Source: Mobula hypostoma (lineage: Eukaryota). Taken from it: a stretch of DNA of 64,000 nt. The stretch covers positions 31,188,001-31,252,000 of the forward strand of contig NC_086109.1 of NCBI RefSeq assembly GCF_963921235.1, written 5' to 3'. Position 1 is the stretch's first letter. Every line of letters starts with the position of its first letter. Shown piece by piece: positions 34,846 through 48,681 of the stretch. The notes below the pieces were generated by a model. It saw only the letters and a program-made list of their open reading frames with translations, was not told the DNA's origin and did no database searches. The position numbers were made by a program, and so were the translations under genes.

Positions 34846-35475
34846 CAAATATAGCACTTGATGCATTTTTATGGGGACAACATGCCGCACAGGCGGAGGG
34901 TCAATAAAGCCCTAAATTACCTCAGGAGCAGGTAGAATTCACATTTGTTAGGTACACATCCTGACAGTGGCGCATTGTGATCACTACAACCTCTTTGATT
35001 TGCATTAGACATCATCCCTGCCATCTGTGTTGTTACATCATCATTTGAGAGTTTTGTTCATTTCCTATAAGTGCACCCATCTTTTGTCTTGTATTTGTGG
35101 GGAGGTTAAAAAGGCCTCTTGCGTTGCCCTAGCCAGAAGAGGAATCGTCAGAGAAGAGAGCAAGGAGAGATGGAGGCGGGTGGAGATGACATGCCTCCTG
35201 ATAGTCCACAAAGCTACCTCAGAGTCTGGCAAGATCAGAGTGAGACTCAGCTGACGAGCTGCAGTCTACCTTGGATCTGAGACAATCTAGTGCAAGGTGT
35301 TGCCAAAAATGGATTGCTGTCATCAGTAGCACCCAAATAATTTAGATGAGGAACATGATTAGGACTGGTTTGTAACAAAGTTGGCATGAGCATAACAGCT
35401 AGTGAGCTGTTGGATCTATTTCAGTAAAATCTAGGGGAAAATAGAGGGATCCATGTCCAAGCTTCAGTGGGAAGT

Positions 35476-36600
35476 TAGTAGACATGGTATACATGGAGAG
35501 GTAGTAAATTGGATTAGACATTGGCTCAATGGAAGAAGCCAAAGAGTGGTAGTAGAGAATTGCTTCTCCGAGTAGAGGCCTGTGACTAGTGGTGTGCCAC
35601 AGGGATCAGTGCTGGGTCCATTGTTATTTGTCATCTATAACAATGATCTGAATGATAATGTGGTAAATTGGATCAGCAAATTTGCTGATGATACAAAGAT
35701 TGGAGGTGTAGTAGACAGTGAGGAAGGTTTTCAGAGCCTGCAGAGGGACTTGGACCAGCTGGAAAAATGGGCTGAAAAATGGCAGATGGAGTTTAATACA
35801 GACAAGTGTGAGGTATTGCACGTTGGAAGGACAAACTAAGGTAGAACATACAGGGTTAATGGTAAGGCACTGAGGAGTGCAGTAGAACAGAGGGATCTGA
35901 GAATACAGATACAAAATTCCCTAAAAGTGGCGTCACAGGTAGATAGGGTCATAAAGAGAGCTTTTGGTACATAGGCCTTTATTAATCAAAGTATTGAGTA
36001 TAAGAGCTGGAATGTTATGATGAGGTTGTATAAGGCATTGGTGAGGCCGAATCTGGAGTATTATGTTCAGTTTTGGTCACCAAATTACAGGAAGGATATA
36101 AATAAGGTTGAAAGAGTGCAGAGAAGGTTTACAAGGATGTTGCCAGGACTTGAGAAACTCAGTTACAGAGAAAGGTTGAATAGGTTAGGACTTTATTCCC
36201 TGGAGCGTAGAAGAAAGAGGGGAGATTTGATAGAGGTATATAAAATTATGATGGGTATAGATAGAGTGAATGCAAGCAGGCTTTTTCCACTGAGGCAAGG
36301 GGAGAAAAAAACCAGAGGACATGGGTTAAGGGTGAGGAGGGAAAAGTTTAAAGGGAACATTGGGGGGGGGGCTTCTTCACACAGAGAGTGGTGGGAGTAT
36401 GGAATGAGCTGCCAGACAAGGTGGTAAATGCAGGTTCCTTTTTAACATTTAAGAATAAATTGGACAGATACATGGATATGGAGGGATATGGTCCGTGTGT
36501 AGATCAGTGGGACTAGGCAGGAAATGGTTCGGCACAGCCAAGAAGGGCCAAAAGGCCTGTTTCTGTGCTGTAGTTTTTCTATGGTTTTCTATGGTTTCTA
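35476..36600 (+). mobile_element. CR1 LINE, 5'-truncated
   Basis: TSGVPQGSVLGPLLF...KFADDTKIG; LYKALVRPNLEY; tail (ttctatggt)n. Confidence 0.93.
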
Positions 36601-36837
36601 GAACTAAGATACGATGATGTTAAATCTGCACATCATCCAGAATTTTTTTGGCGATGTTGGCCACAATCCCATAGCTTGTCCTGGTTCAGGTAACAGCTGC
36701 TGTGAATGCCAGGTAGACTCCACACAGTCCATCTAATTCTATGTAATCGCTGCATGCTACGGCTTAGGGTTTGGTTTCTGCCACAGAGGGGCAGCTTGAG
36801 GTCCTCAATGAATTATAAGATGCCATTTGTGAGCAGA

Positions 36838-37057
36838 AGCCAGCTGGTGGCATAGTGGCATTAGCGACGGACTTCGGAGCAAAGGCTCCTGAGCTTGAAT
36901 CCAGCCGGCTCCCTTGCATGCTTTCCATCCATGCTGGGTTGAGCGTCGAGCTAGCAACTCGGCCTCATAAAACTAAGAAAGCTTGATTAAAAAAACACCA
37001 TCATGACAGCGTCCCAATGACTCCACTCGGCGTTAAGGGCTTTCTTTTTCTTCTTCT
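36838..37057 (+). mobile_element. tRNA-derived SINE with RTE-like body
   Basis: A box tggcatagtgg, decayed B box gagcttgaatcc, (ttc)n tail; TSD atttgtga(g/a)caga at 36825-36837 and 37058-37070. Confidence 0.8.
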
Positions 37058-37680
37058 ATTTGTGAACAGAGAATGCTGCTCTTAAATATACAACATACAA
37101 ACGTACAAACAGCTCCCCATTCTATAGAAACAATGAGATGCTTTTTGACTATGGATTTGATGCTGAATATATGCAGCTGACTACTCAGAAGCAGAGAGAT
37201 GCTGCAAATCAACAGATCACTCTCCTGTAGGAACACAGGAAAAGAGTATGAGTATGCTTTCTGGGTCCTCAACTCTGCCCTGACTTCCAATATGATCACA
37301 GATGATTTGCCCTGCACTTCAACATCTTTTTCTCTAGTCTTCAAATCCTAGATCTTTCAAAAATGTAGCTACTTCCTCTTTCAATAACTGCTTAATCACA
37401 TATATATATGTTAAAAAATTCCAAAGAGATGAAATCTCTACACAGCTCAATTCTAAAAGATTGGTCCATTATCTTGTTACAGTGTCTCCTTTTTGAGATT
37501 CTCCCACTGTGGAATTACCTCAATACACAACTTGTCATGCCCTTTTAGGACCTTATATATTTAAATTTTCTAAATGCCAAAGAGTGTAGAACTAATGTTT
37601 TTAGTTCTTCATGGCAGGATAACTTTATTGTCCCAGGAATTAGCCTAGTGAATTTCATCTCACTGCCTTCAATGCAACTA

Positions 37681-38503
37681 CTCTGGAATCCGGTTAATTG
37701 TACCATCGGATTATCAGAGCAGCTGCTTAGTTGGAACAACTCTTAAAGAACAAAAAAAAAATCAAGAAAATAGCCGGGATTCCCTTTGTTTACTTGGGAC
37801 ATTATGCCGCTTAATTTGGACAGGAGACTGTTGCCAAACAGTTTCTAAATAGTGTCACTAGCGTGGACTTGTGTGGCCATTTGATATTACAACGTTCTTG
37901 GAGTGAATAGTTTTAAATAGCATTAATTGTGTGTGCTTGTTTTCGAAAAACAATGATCTTTGTCACAGATAGTTGGCAAGTTCAAAACTGTTTTTCTCAC
38001 TGCTGTTTCAAAGATTCAGGCTTGGAGATACATACCAGAAATGGCCAGGAGTGAAAATGAAGCTATCTCACTACTTCAACAACTTAGGAACTATGAAGAA
38101 TTTGAAGGTATTGACAAACACCTTGAATGTTAAATGAAAATGAAGATTTATAGGATGCAATTGTCAAAAGCATTGTATGAATTAGTTCAGTATCTGCATA
38201 TGTTTGTGCTAATTCTGATCACTTACAGTGAATAAAAAGAACTCACAGCGTACACTGGATAAATTCCATCATTGATAACAATTAGGAACTAATACATATT
38301 TTATAGTACTGTAGTAATATTGGTATTGTTCCAAAATGTTTTATATTTCATTTACATACATATTTTCACTCAGTTAAATGGTAGTTTGCATTTTTTTATA
38401 CCTTTTAAAACTATTTTCATGAAACCACAGCTAATTGGGGCAGGTGCTTACTCAGGCCAAAGTGTACTGGTTCCAATGTGTCCCACTTAACTGGAATCCA
38501 CTG
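37681..38503. mobile_element. Tigger/pogo-like non-autonomous DNA transposon inside an old minus-strand CR1 (about 37330-38700)
   Basis: TA|ctctggaatccggttaattg ... cacttaactggaatccactg|TA; the host CR1 sequence rejoins as aatgcaacta/tatcctttctt. Confidence 0.75.
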
Positions 38504-39619
38504 TATATCCTTTCTTAAAGGTCTACAGGGAACAATATTCCAAGTATGGTCTCTGCAATTGCAGCAACACTTCCCTATCTTTTAAAACTCTAAACCTCCC
38601 TCCAATAAAGACTATTTATCTTTTTAGTTACTTGTTGCATCTGCACACTAATATTCTGTGTAACATGCATGAGAGTATCTAGATCCCTTTGCACTTCCCT
38701 CATTCACAGCCTCACCTTCAGACATTCCCTCCACTCACTTACACTGTAGAAAAAACTGACCTGGCTCAGCTCTTGGTGTAGGGGTTGGAATAATGGCAAA
38801 ATGACCTGGGTACCTTCAGATCATTGCGTCTAATCTCCCTGGTTGCCCGGGGGTGGGGCGGGGGGGGGGGTCATCTTGGTGTCTTAAGTTTGAGGACAGC
38901 ATCATTTCCTGTCTGGGAGTAATATTATCGGAGTTCCAAGACTGCTCTGTCAATGGGCTGTGGGCAACAATCTGAAGGAGAACACTCCAGGGAAAGATCT
39001 TTCCAACGGTCATCTATAGTATCTATGCAATGAAAGAGAGGTATGTTCACAGAGACAGGCTGCTGTCATATTATGAAGTAATATTAGATTTGTCACCCAC
39101 TTTCATGATAGTGGAATAAAAGGCAGAATGATTTGTTATGATATTTGCTGAATAAAATGTCATGATATGTAATTTTGGATTCTGTTTGTGCTAGAAGCGA
39201 TTTTGAACTGATCAACAATGCTAAAAACATAATCAAGAGAAAATAATATAATTTATTATGCATAATAAAATGTACAGGTGGTGTGGTTGCTGGTTTTGCT
39301 GCAAATTTTCCCGGGTGTCAGCTAGAAAGGCTGGTAATGGACTACTACTGCGGCTATAACCACTGAAGAACTCATTGGACAATTATCTCAATAATTAACT
39401 AGTGAAAAATTGACCTTCCTATTAGCTTAAGTATGAATTTTCAAGAGAACTTCAACTGCCTGTGATGACTTCTGAAACTAAGATGCCAGGTTTCTCCGTA
39501 TTGTCAGCATTCAACAAAGAACATTGGTTGCATTCAAAAGCTCTAGGTTATGTTATGACTGTAAGGAGGAAAAAATACATTGGCCTATTTGTGATAACTG
39601 CTACCGGTGCACCAAGAAA

Positions 39620-40005
39620 AATTCAAAGTTCAAAGTGAATTTACTATCAAGTTACACAAATGCCACCATATACTACCTTCATGTTCATTTTTGCAGGCAT
39701 TCATAGAACAGAGAAACACAATAGAATCAATGAAAAACTACACACAAAGTCTGACAAACAACCAATATACAAAAGAAAGACAAACTCTGCAAAGTCAAAA
39801 AAAGTAAATAAATAATACTGAGAAACTGAGTTGTAGAGTACCTAGCTCATGGAATCAGTTCAGAATTGAGTTGTGAAGTCTTCCATGCTGGTTGAGGAGC
39901 CTGATGGTTGAAGAGTAATAATTGTTCCTAAACCTGGTGGTGTAGGACCCAAGGCTCCTGTACCTCTTTCTTGATGGCAGTGATGAGAAGAGAGCATGGC
40001 CTAAT
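39620..40005 (-). mobile_element. Rex1/Babar 3' end
   Basis: HALFSSLPSRKRYRSLGSYTTRFRNNYYSSTIRLLN; tail (ctttgaa)n. Confidence 0.8.
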
Positions 40006-43000
40006 TGTGTATAAGGCCTAATTTTTAGAGCCTAATCCAATTTCCTGATGGATGAAATTTCACTCTGAATTAATCACTTCCATGAACTAACCCAGGCCAT
40101 TTCAATTTTAAGTACAATTTGTGTATAGTGAAACAGTCTGTGATGAATCTGTGGTTGGGGTATATAATCAGCCCTATCAGAATGCAAGTATTGGAGTTCA
40201 GGTGCTAGGATTACAGCTTGGCTGAGTTAAAAACTCAGATACAAAGGCAAATAAGGTTTTAGCTTCAGGACCTCAGTTCCAGATTCAGGATTGGGCACTT
40301 GGTAAACCAGCACTCATGATCAGCTGACGTAAATAGCTGCTGTACATCATCTGATTTCCACCAGGCCAGAGAGAATCTGGGAACTATCAGGCAAAGCCCA
40401 AATCACCACAGTTTACCAACACTTGCACTAAAATGGATTTTGTTTTTTCCTTTGTTCTAATTATGCTTTTTCTTGTAAAAGTTATGTATAATTGTCTTTT
40501 TTTACGTGAATGTTACTTACGACTAATTGCCTGTGAAGCTATGGCAAGGAAGGTTTTCAGTGTACCTGCGTATATGAAAATAAACTTTGACTTTCAGTTC
40601 TGTGGACACAGGCTTAATCCACTAATGCTAAGTACTTATTTTATATGTTGAACATCTAATCCACTGGTCAAGGACATGTAGAGTATATCATGGTTGGTAA
40701 AAATTTGAACTCTTGCACCTAGTGAATGGGCGTTTTGATTCATTAATGGAGTTATATGTTTATTGGATCAATTCCAACTTTACCATGGGATATATAGCCA
40801 ATAAAAAAGCGGCATCTGTTCTTCACTTTTCTTTAAAGGATTAAATTACTTATTTTATTCATTCTCATTTATGGGAATGAGAATTGTTAGCAAGGTCATT
40901 GTTTATTGGCCATTGTTAATTGTCCCTGAAAGGAATAATCGGAAAAGGTATTACTAGAATATAACATTAAAAATAAGACAAGATAACTTACTTAGGGAAA
41001 TCTGAATGACCAGAAACATTAACACTGTTTCTCTCCCACAAATTCTAACTTGTTAACTGAACTGCTGAGATTTTTCAGCATTTTCTTTTTTTTTAAATTC
41101 AGATTCCTGGCACCAGCAGCATTTTGCTTTTGTGCTACTAACCAAGAGCATGATTGACTGAGAGAAGTAGTCCTGTATCTTTATTCCCTTTCTCCTCATT
41201 TCCAATAATTTTTGTTGTTTTCAACTGAGAATTTTTTTATTGATTCTGCAAAAAAACCCATGGTAGACTTACACCATTAGTATATTAGTGAATATACTAA
41301 TAGGAAGTAAAACCTTACTATAGTTCTGTTCACATCAAGATGGAATAAATATCAAAGTTTAATTCCTTGCAGAATTTACATGCCACTTTTAAAAACCGAG
41401 CGGTGTCTGTCGGGACTTGTCCACAGAGCAGAGGTTCGACTGGGTTATTAGTACCTAAGCAAGGGACAACTAAAGAAGTTAGGTTTAAGTATATTGGCCA
41501 TTGTGGGAGCGGCCATTGTTTGAACGGGCTAGTGTTAGAGTGATCAGGCTTTGGATCAACAGGCTTCAGGAGAACACATATGGCTAAGGATGCTCAGTCT
41601 TTTGGAATCATTCATCTAATTGTAGAACTTAAGCTTGAGAAGATAGAGACAAAGTTATACTTTTAGGTAGGAGGGTAGTTAATTAAGGCAGAGGATTACT
41701 TTTCCTGTAAGATGTGAGATTGCAGAGTACTTCACAGTCTCACTAATGACCACATCTGCAGGTTAAAGAATAGGAGCTGGAGATGAATCTACTCAGACCA
41801 CCTGAGAAGCTGAAAACCTCAAAGATTAAACTTTTACCAGGACGGTCACACTCAGAGTGCGAACTTTTGATAGTAGATGGGTGACCATCAGGAGAAGTTA
41901 TGGGAGAAAGCAGGGTTTGTGCAGGGTTCCCCTGTGGCCATTCCCAACAGCAACATGTATACCCCTTTGGATACTGCTGGAGGGATGACCTATCAGGTGC
42001 AGCCAGGACTGTGACACTGTGACCGGCCCTGAGATCCAGCAGGGAAGGGTAAAGCCAGGCATAGTGATAGAGATAGAAGACTCAATAAGTAGAGCAATAG
42101 ACAGGAGATTCTGTGTGCCACAAAAGTGAAGCAAGGATGGTGTGTTGCCTCCCAGATGCTAGGATCCAGGATGTCTCAGAGTGCCTGTAGAATATCCTCT
42201 AGGTGGAGGGTGAGCAGCCAGAGGTCTACCAATGACATTGGTAGAAAGGAGGAGGAGGTCCTGTGCAGTGAGTTAGGAAAGAGGCTGAAGATCAGGACCT
42301 CCGAGGTAGTAATCTTTGAATTACTCCTAGTGGTACACGATAGTCTGGGCAAGAACAGGGTGTACGTACAGATTAATGAGTGGCTGAGAAACTGCTGAAG
42401 GGGGCAGGGTTGAATGTTCTTATATAATTGAAACATTTTCTGGGCCAGGAGTGGTCTGTTCAAGAGGGAGTATTGCAACCAAACTGGAGGGGAACCAATC
42501 TCCTGGCTAGTGCTACTAAGGAGGGTTTAAACTAGTTTGCTGGTAGCGGGGTGGGAACCAGAGCACCATGTCACAAAGTGGAGGGATGGAGAGAGAAGAA
42601 GCTGTCTGAGCCAGTAAAGGAAGTCGGGAGCAAAGTAATAGATACAATAGGATGGATAGTTTGAAGTGTGTGAATTTTAATGCTAGAAATATTATGGGGA
42701 AAAGTGATGAACTTAGAGCCCGGAACAATAATGTTGTAGCCATTTCATACATTAGGCTGAGAGAGACACAGGAATGGGTGCTTAATGTCCCAGGATTTCG
42801 ATGTTTTAAAAAAAATACCGAGAGGAGGTAACAAAGGTGAAGGAGTTGCACTACTAATCAGGAATAATATCCCAGCTGCACTCAGACAGGATCTAATGGA
42901 GAGCTCGTCCAATGGATCTATATGGGTAGAACTCCAAAATAGGAATGAAGCAATCGCTCTGATGAGATTGTAATACAGACCCCACAATAACCACCAGGAC

Positions 43001-43952
43001 ATTGAGGAACAGATATCCAGGCAGATTAAGGAAAGGTGGGAAAACAATAGGATTGTCATGGGAGACTTCAGCTTCCCTAATAGAAGCTGGAAGCTTCTTA
43101 GTCTAAGAGGTTTTAGGTGCGGCAGAATTTGTTAGGTGTACCGAGGAGAGTTTCTTAATTCAATATGCAGATAGTTCAATAAAAGGAGGGACTGTACTCT
43201 ATCTGGTACCGGGTAATGAGCCTGGTCAGATGACTGACCTTTCAGTGGATGGGCAGTTAGGCAATAGTGACCACACTCCTTCAGTATTAAGTTAGATATA
43301 GATAAGGATAAGTATAGACCTTGCAGGACTATTAAATTGGAGCAGGGCAAATTATGACAGCAGTAGGCAGAAATGAAGGAGAATTAATTGGGAACGGCTG
43401 TTTTTGGGCAAGTCCATGTCCAACATGTGGAGTTGTTTTAAAGACCAACTGCACAATGTACAGGACAGGTATGTTCCAGTCAGAAGGAAGGACAAGGATG
43501 GCAAGGTAAGAGAACCTCAGATGTCAAGAGAGGTGATGAATTTAGAAAAAGGAGAAGTATGTAAATCTTAAGAAGGTAGATTCAAAGAGAGTCCTTGAGG
43601 ATTATAAAAAAGGGCCAGAGAAGAACTCAAGAAAGGAATTATGAAAGCCAGGAGGAGCCATGAAAAGTCCTCGGCAAGTTGGATTAAAGGGAATCCCAAG
43701 GCATTCTATGCATACATCAAGTGCAATAGGACAGTTGGAGAGAGGGTAGGACCACTCAAGGATGGAGGGGGGGAACATTTGTTAGGATGCAGAGGATGTG
43801 GGTGAGTTCCTTAATGAGTACTTTACATCAGTTTTTATGAAGCAGAAGGATGTGGAAGGCAGGCAGATCAGTGCCAAGCATATTGATATGCTAGGGCATT
43901 TTGAGATAAAGGAGGAGGTAGTGATAGGTCTCTTATAGAACATTCTTGTGGA

Positions 43953-46697
43953 GAGCTAGTGTTGGAGAGGGCTGGGAACTGGAGCCCCAGGTCACTAAGG
44001 GAAGGATCGGACCAGAAGGTAGACGTAAGTAAAGTATTGAAAGGCAAAATTGAAATAGCAGGTATGATGGGTCAGATAATATGAAGTGTGTATATTTTAA
44101 TGCTGGGAGTATTATGGGTAAGGGAAATGAACTTAGAGTGTGGATCAGTACATGGAACTACAATGTTGTAGCCATCACTGAATCTTGGTTGAAAGAGGGG
44201 CAGGAATGGGAGATTAATGTACCAGATTTTCGAAGAAAAGATAGAGGAGGAGATAAAAGAGGCAGTGGGGTCACATCAGGGACAATATCACAGCTGCATT
44301 CAGGGCAGACATAATACAGAGGTCAGACACTGAGTACACCTGGGTGGAACTCAGGAATACGAAGGGTGCAATCACACTGACGGGATTGTACTATAGACCC
44401 CCCCAATATCCACTGAGACATTACCGAACAGACATATAATTAGATTAAGGAAATTTGTAAGGAAATGTGTAAAAATAATAGGGTTGTTGCCACGGGGGAT
44501 TCCAACTTCCATAATATGAACTGGGACCTTCTTAGTGTAAGTGGTTTAGACGGAGCGGAATTTGTTAAGTGTGTTCAGGAAGGTTTCTTGAATCAATATG
44601 TGGATGGTCCACGAAAAGGAGGGGATGTACTGGACCTGGTGATGAGTAATTAACCTGGCTAGGTGACTGACCTTTCAGTGGGTGAACAGTGACCACAACT
44701 CGTTAAGTTTCAGGATAGTTATAGATAAAGTTAGGCATGGCCCTTGATGGAGACTTTTAGACTGGAGTAGGGCAAATTATGAGAGCATTGGGCAGGAACT
44801 AAGAAGCATTAATTAGGAACACCTTTACTCTGGCAACTCCACATCAAACATGTGGAGGGTGTTTAAAAATCCATTGAATGGAGTACAGGAGTGGTATATT
44901 CCTGTTAGAAAGAAGGATGGGGATGTAAAGATAAGAGAATCTTGGATGTCCAGAGAGGTGATGAATTTAGTCAAACAAAGGAAAAGTATGTAAAGCTTCA
45001 GAAGTTAGGATCCAACGAATCACCTGAGGAGTATAACAAAGCCAGAAAGAAATAAATAAGGGAATTGGGAAAGCCGGTAGGGGCCATGAAAAGTTCTTGG
45101 CAAGTAGGATTAAGGTGAATCCTAAGGCATTCTATTCATACATCAAGAGCGAGAGGATAACTAGGTAGAGGATAACTCAAAGATAAAGAGGGGAACATTC
45201 GCTTGGATGCAGAGTGTGTGAGTGAGGTACTTAATGAGTACTCTGCTTCAGAATTTACCAACAAAGAGGCTATGGAGGACTAGGAGATCAGTGAGGGTGT
45301 CTAGGAGGAGGAAGTATTGGGGCACCTAATGAGTATTAAGGTGAATAAGTTCCCAGGGCCTGATAGCATTTACCCCAAGTTATTGAATGAGGCAAGAGAC
45401 AAGATTGATTGATTGCTGGGCCCTGACCAGTAATTTCGTGTCCTCTTTAGCCACAGGTGAGGTCCGGGAAGACTGGTTAATGTTGTACCTCTATTCTGAG
45501 CGCTATAGACCGGTGAGTCTCACATCAGTTGTTGGGAAATTGCTGGATAATATTCTTAGGGATAGGATATATGAGCATTTGGAAACCCATGGCCTAATTA
45601 GGGAGAGACAGTATGGCTTTGTGCATGGCAGCTGATGCCTTACCAACTTGATTGAGCTTCTTGACAATGAGATGGAAGAGATTGATGAGGGTATGGCAGT
45701 GGATGTTGTCTACCTGGATTTTAATAAGGTGTTTGACAAAGTCCCTCATGAGAGGCTAATCCAGAAGATTAAGATGCATGGAGTCCGTGGCAAATTGGCT
45801 GTTTGGATTCAGAACTGACTTTCACATAAAAGATGGAGCGTAGTGGTTAAAGGGACTTATTCAAGCTGGAGGTCTGTAATGAGTGGAGTTCCACAAGGAT
45901 CTGTAGTGGGACCTCTGCTGTTTGTGATGTATATAAATAACTTGGATGAAAGTGCAGATGGGTGGGTTAGTAAATTTGCTGAGCAGAGAGATCTTGGGAT
46001 CCAAGTCCATAGCTCCTTGAAAGTGGCTATACAAGTCAATAAGATGGTTAAGAAGGCTTATGGAATGCTTGTTTTTATTAGTTGAGGCATTGAGTTCAAG
46101 AGTCAGGAGATTATGTTACAACTTTATAAAATTCTAGTTAGGTCACATCTGGAGTATAGCACACAGTTCTGGCTGGCCCAATATAGGACAAATGTTGAGG
46201 CTTTGGAGAGAGTGCAGAAGAGGTTTAATAGGATGCTGCTTGGTTGATAGGGCACGTGCTATCACAAGAGACTGATAAACTTGAGTTGTTTTCTGTGGAG
46301 CACCAGAGGCTGGAGATAGATGTTTACAAGATTACGTGAGCTAAAGGTAGATTGGATAACGAGTATATGCTTTCCAGAGTTGAAATGCCAAAGGGCATGC
46401 ATCAAAGGTGAGGGGAGAAGGTTGAAAGGGGATGTGAGGGTAATTTTCTTTACTCAGAGAGTTTTAGAAGCCTGGAATGTTCTGCCTACTATGGTAGTAA
46501 AGGCAAATACATTGGAGGATTTTAAGATGCGTTTGGATAGGCATATGGATGTGAGAAGGGTGCAGGGGTATGGACATCATGTAGGTAGGAGCAATTAGTG
46601 TTTGAGTGTTTTTGATTTGCTTTTTAGCTAATTTGCCACAACATTGTGGGCTGGATAGCCTGTTCCTGTGTGGTAGCTTTCTATATTCTATGTTCTA
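43953..46697 (+). mobile_element. CR1 nested in CR1, with an internal deletion through the FADD motif
   Basis: MKCVYFNAGSI..AITESWL; ORF 45843..46085 reads SKFA|EQRDLG; tail ttctatattctatgttcta. Confidence 0.85.
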
Positions 46698-47269
46698 TAA
46701 ATATCCAGGGGCTGATAGGATATACTCCAGGTTATTGAAGGGGGCAAGAGAAGGGATTGCTGGGACCTTGACTAATGTCTTTGGGTCCTCTCTGGTATCC
46801 CAGAGGACTGGTGAACAAATAGTGTTATTCCACTGTTCAAGAAGAGAACTAGGGATAATCCTGGAATCTATGGACCAGTGAGTCTTACATTAGTGGTATG
46901 AAAGTTAATCAAGGGAATGCTTAGGGGGAGGATTTATGGGCATTTGGAAAAACATGGCCTAATTAAGGAGAACCAGCATGTCTTTGTGCAGGGCAAGTCA
47001 TGTCTTACCAACTTGATTGAGTTTTTTGACAAGCTAACAAGGGTGATTAATGAAGGTAGAGCTGTGTATGTTGTCTACATTGATCTTAGTAAGGTGTTTG
47101 ACAAGTTCCCTCAAGGGAGATTCCTCCAGAAGATTAAGATGCATGTGATCCATGATGAATTGGCCGTTTGGATTCAAAACTTGCTTGCCCATTGAAAACA
47201 GAGATTAACAGTCAAAGGGTCTTATTCTAGCTGGAAGTCTGCCATTAGTGGTGTTGTGCAGGGATCTTT

Positions 47270-48681
47270 TTTTTCTTTTTCAATATTGTTATTATTAATT
47301 TCTACATAGAAGAATACAGAGTACAAGAAGTATATATTATAAGTAAAAAAGATAAAATAATACCAATACATATTTGAATCACACTTGCAACCTCATTACT
47401 CTATATTCATGTAAATTAAATTAAATCATAATATTGAAATATGATAATTTTATTATTATACAAAAAAATCTAAACCCACTACCAAGATCGAAGCTGCTTG
47501 GTAAAGAAAAAAAGAAGGAAAAAAAATCCTTATCACATAGTGAAATATGTTATTAGCCAAAATCTGTAATTTAACAACAATCAAAGATTTTGAAATAGTT
47601 CAAAAATGGTGCCCACAATGTGTGAAAGTCTTGGCCAGATTCAGAAATTGAACAACGGATCTTTTCTAAATTTAAACATGACATAACATCATGTAACCAT
47701 TGAACGTGAGTAGGTGGAACAACATCCTTCCATTTAAGCAAGAGTGTCCTCCTAGCTATAAGAGACATAAAAGCCAAGATGTGCAAATCAGATGTCTCCA
47801 GAATAATATCTTTTTCTCCAACAATACCGAATAAAGCGGTCAAAGGGTTGAGATTAAAATTTCCTTTGAATGGTACAGAGAAAGTTTGAAATACTTCCTT
47901 CCAGTATTTTCCAAGACTCGGACATGTCCAAAACATATCAATAAGTGAGGCTTCTCCATTATTACATCTATCACAAGAGGGAGATATATCCGAATAAAAA
48001 CGAGATAGCTTATCCTTAGTCATGTGGGCCCCATGGACCACTTTAAATTGTAAGAGGGAGTGGCGGGCACATAACGATGAAGTGTTAACCAATTAAAACA
48101 TTTTATTCCAGGTTTCCTCAGAAATTGAAGGCTGTAAATCTTGCTCCCAAAAATTTTTAATTTTGTCTAAAGGAGCATTTCTCATTCCCAGCAACATACT
48201 GTAAATATTAGATATTGAACCATTATGAAATGGTTTCAAATTAAAAAATACATCTAATAAGTTCTTATCAGGGCTTTTAGGAAATGTATATAATTGAAAT
48301 CGCAGAAAGTCTGTAATTTGTAGATATCAAAAAAAGAGGGTTTTTGGTAAGCTATACTTAGCTGACAATTGCTCAAACGAAAAGAGACTTCCTCCAACAA
48401 ACAAATCCTGGAAGTATTTAATACCCAATCTATCCCATTCTTTAAAATCTAGATCGGTCATAGAAGGTTTAAAAAATAATTAGAAAAAGTGGGACTAGAA
48501 AGAGAAAATCTCAATAAACCAAAATATTTTCTAAATTGTACCCAGATCCTCAAAGTATGTTTAACTATCAAATTGACAGTTAGTTTACTTAAAGATAAAG
48601 GAAGTGAGGATCCAAGATGAGAAATGATAGAAAATTTATTAACAGAATTAGCTTCTAAAGAGACCCATAATGGACAGTCCT
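47270..48681 (-). mobile_element. L1-clade LINE, 5'-truncated
   Basis: ORF 47571..48092 with zinc-knuckle remnant CDRC..EASL..MFWTC and LLKWK..PP; TSD cagg(g/a)atcttt at 47259-47269 and 48682-48692. Confidence 0.9.

Noticed and set aside
38845..38872. G-run as a functional G-quadruplex (also 2385-2400, 14338-14358)
   Set aside because: Simple homopolymer tracts with no supporting context.
41276..41301. Perfect 11-bp AT-rich hairpin
   Set aside because: Short and low-complexity; expected by chance in AT-rich DNA.
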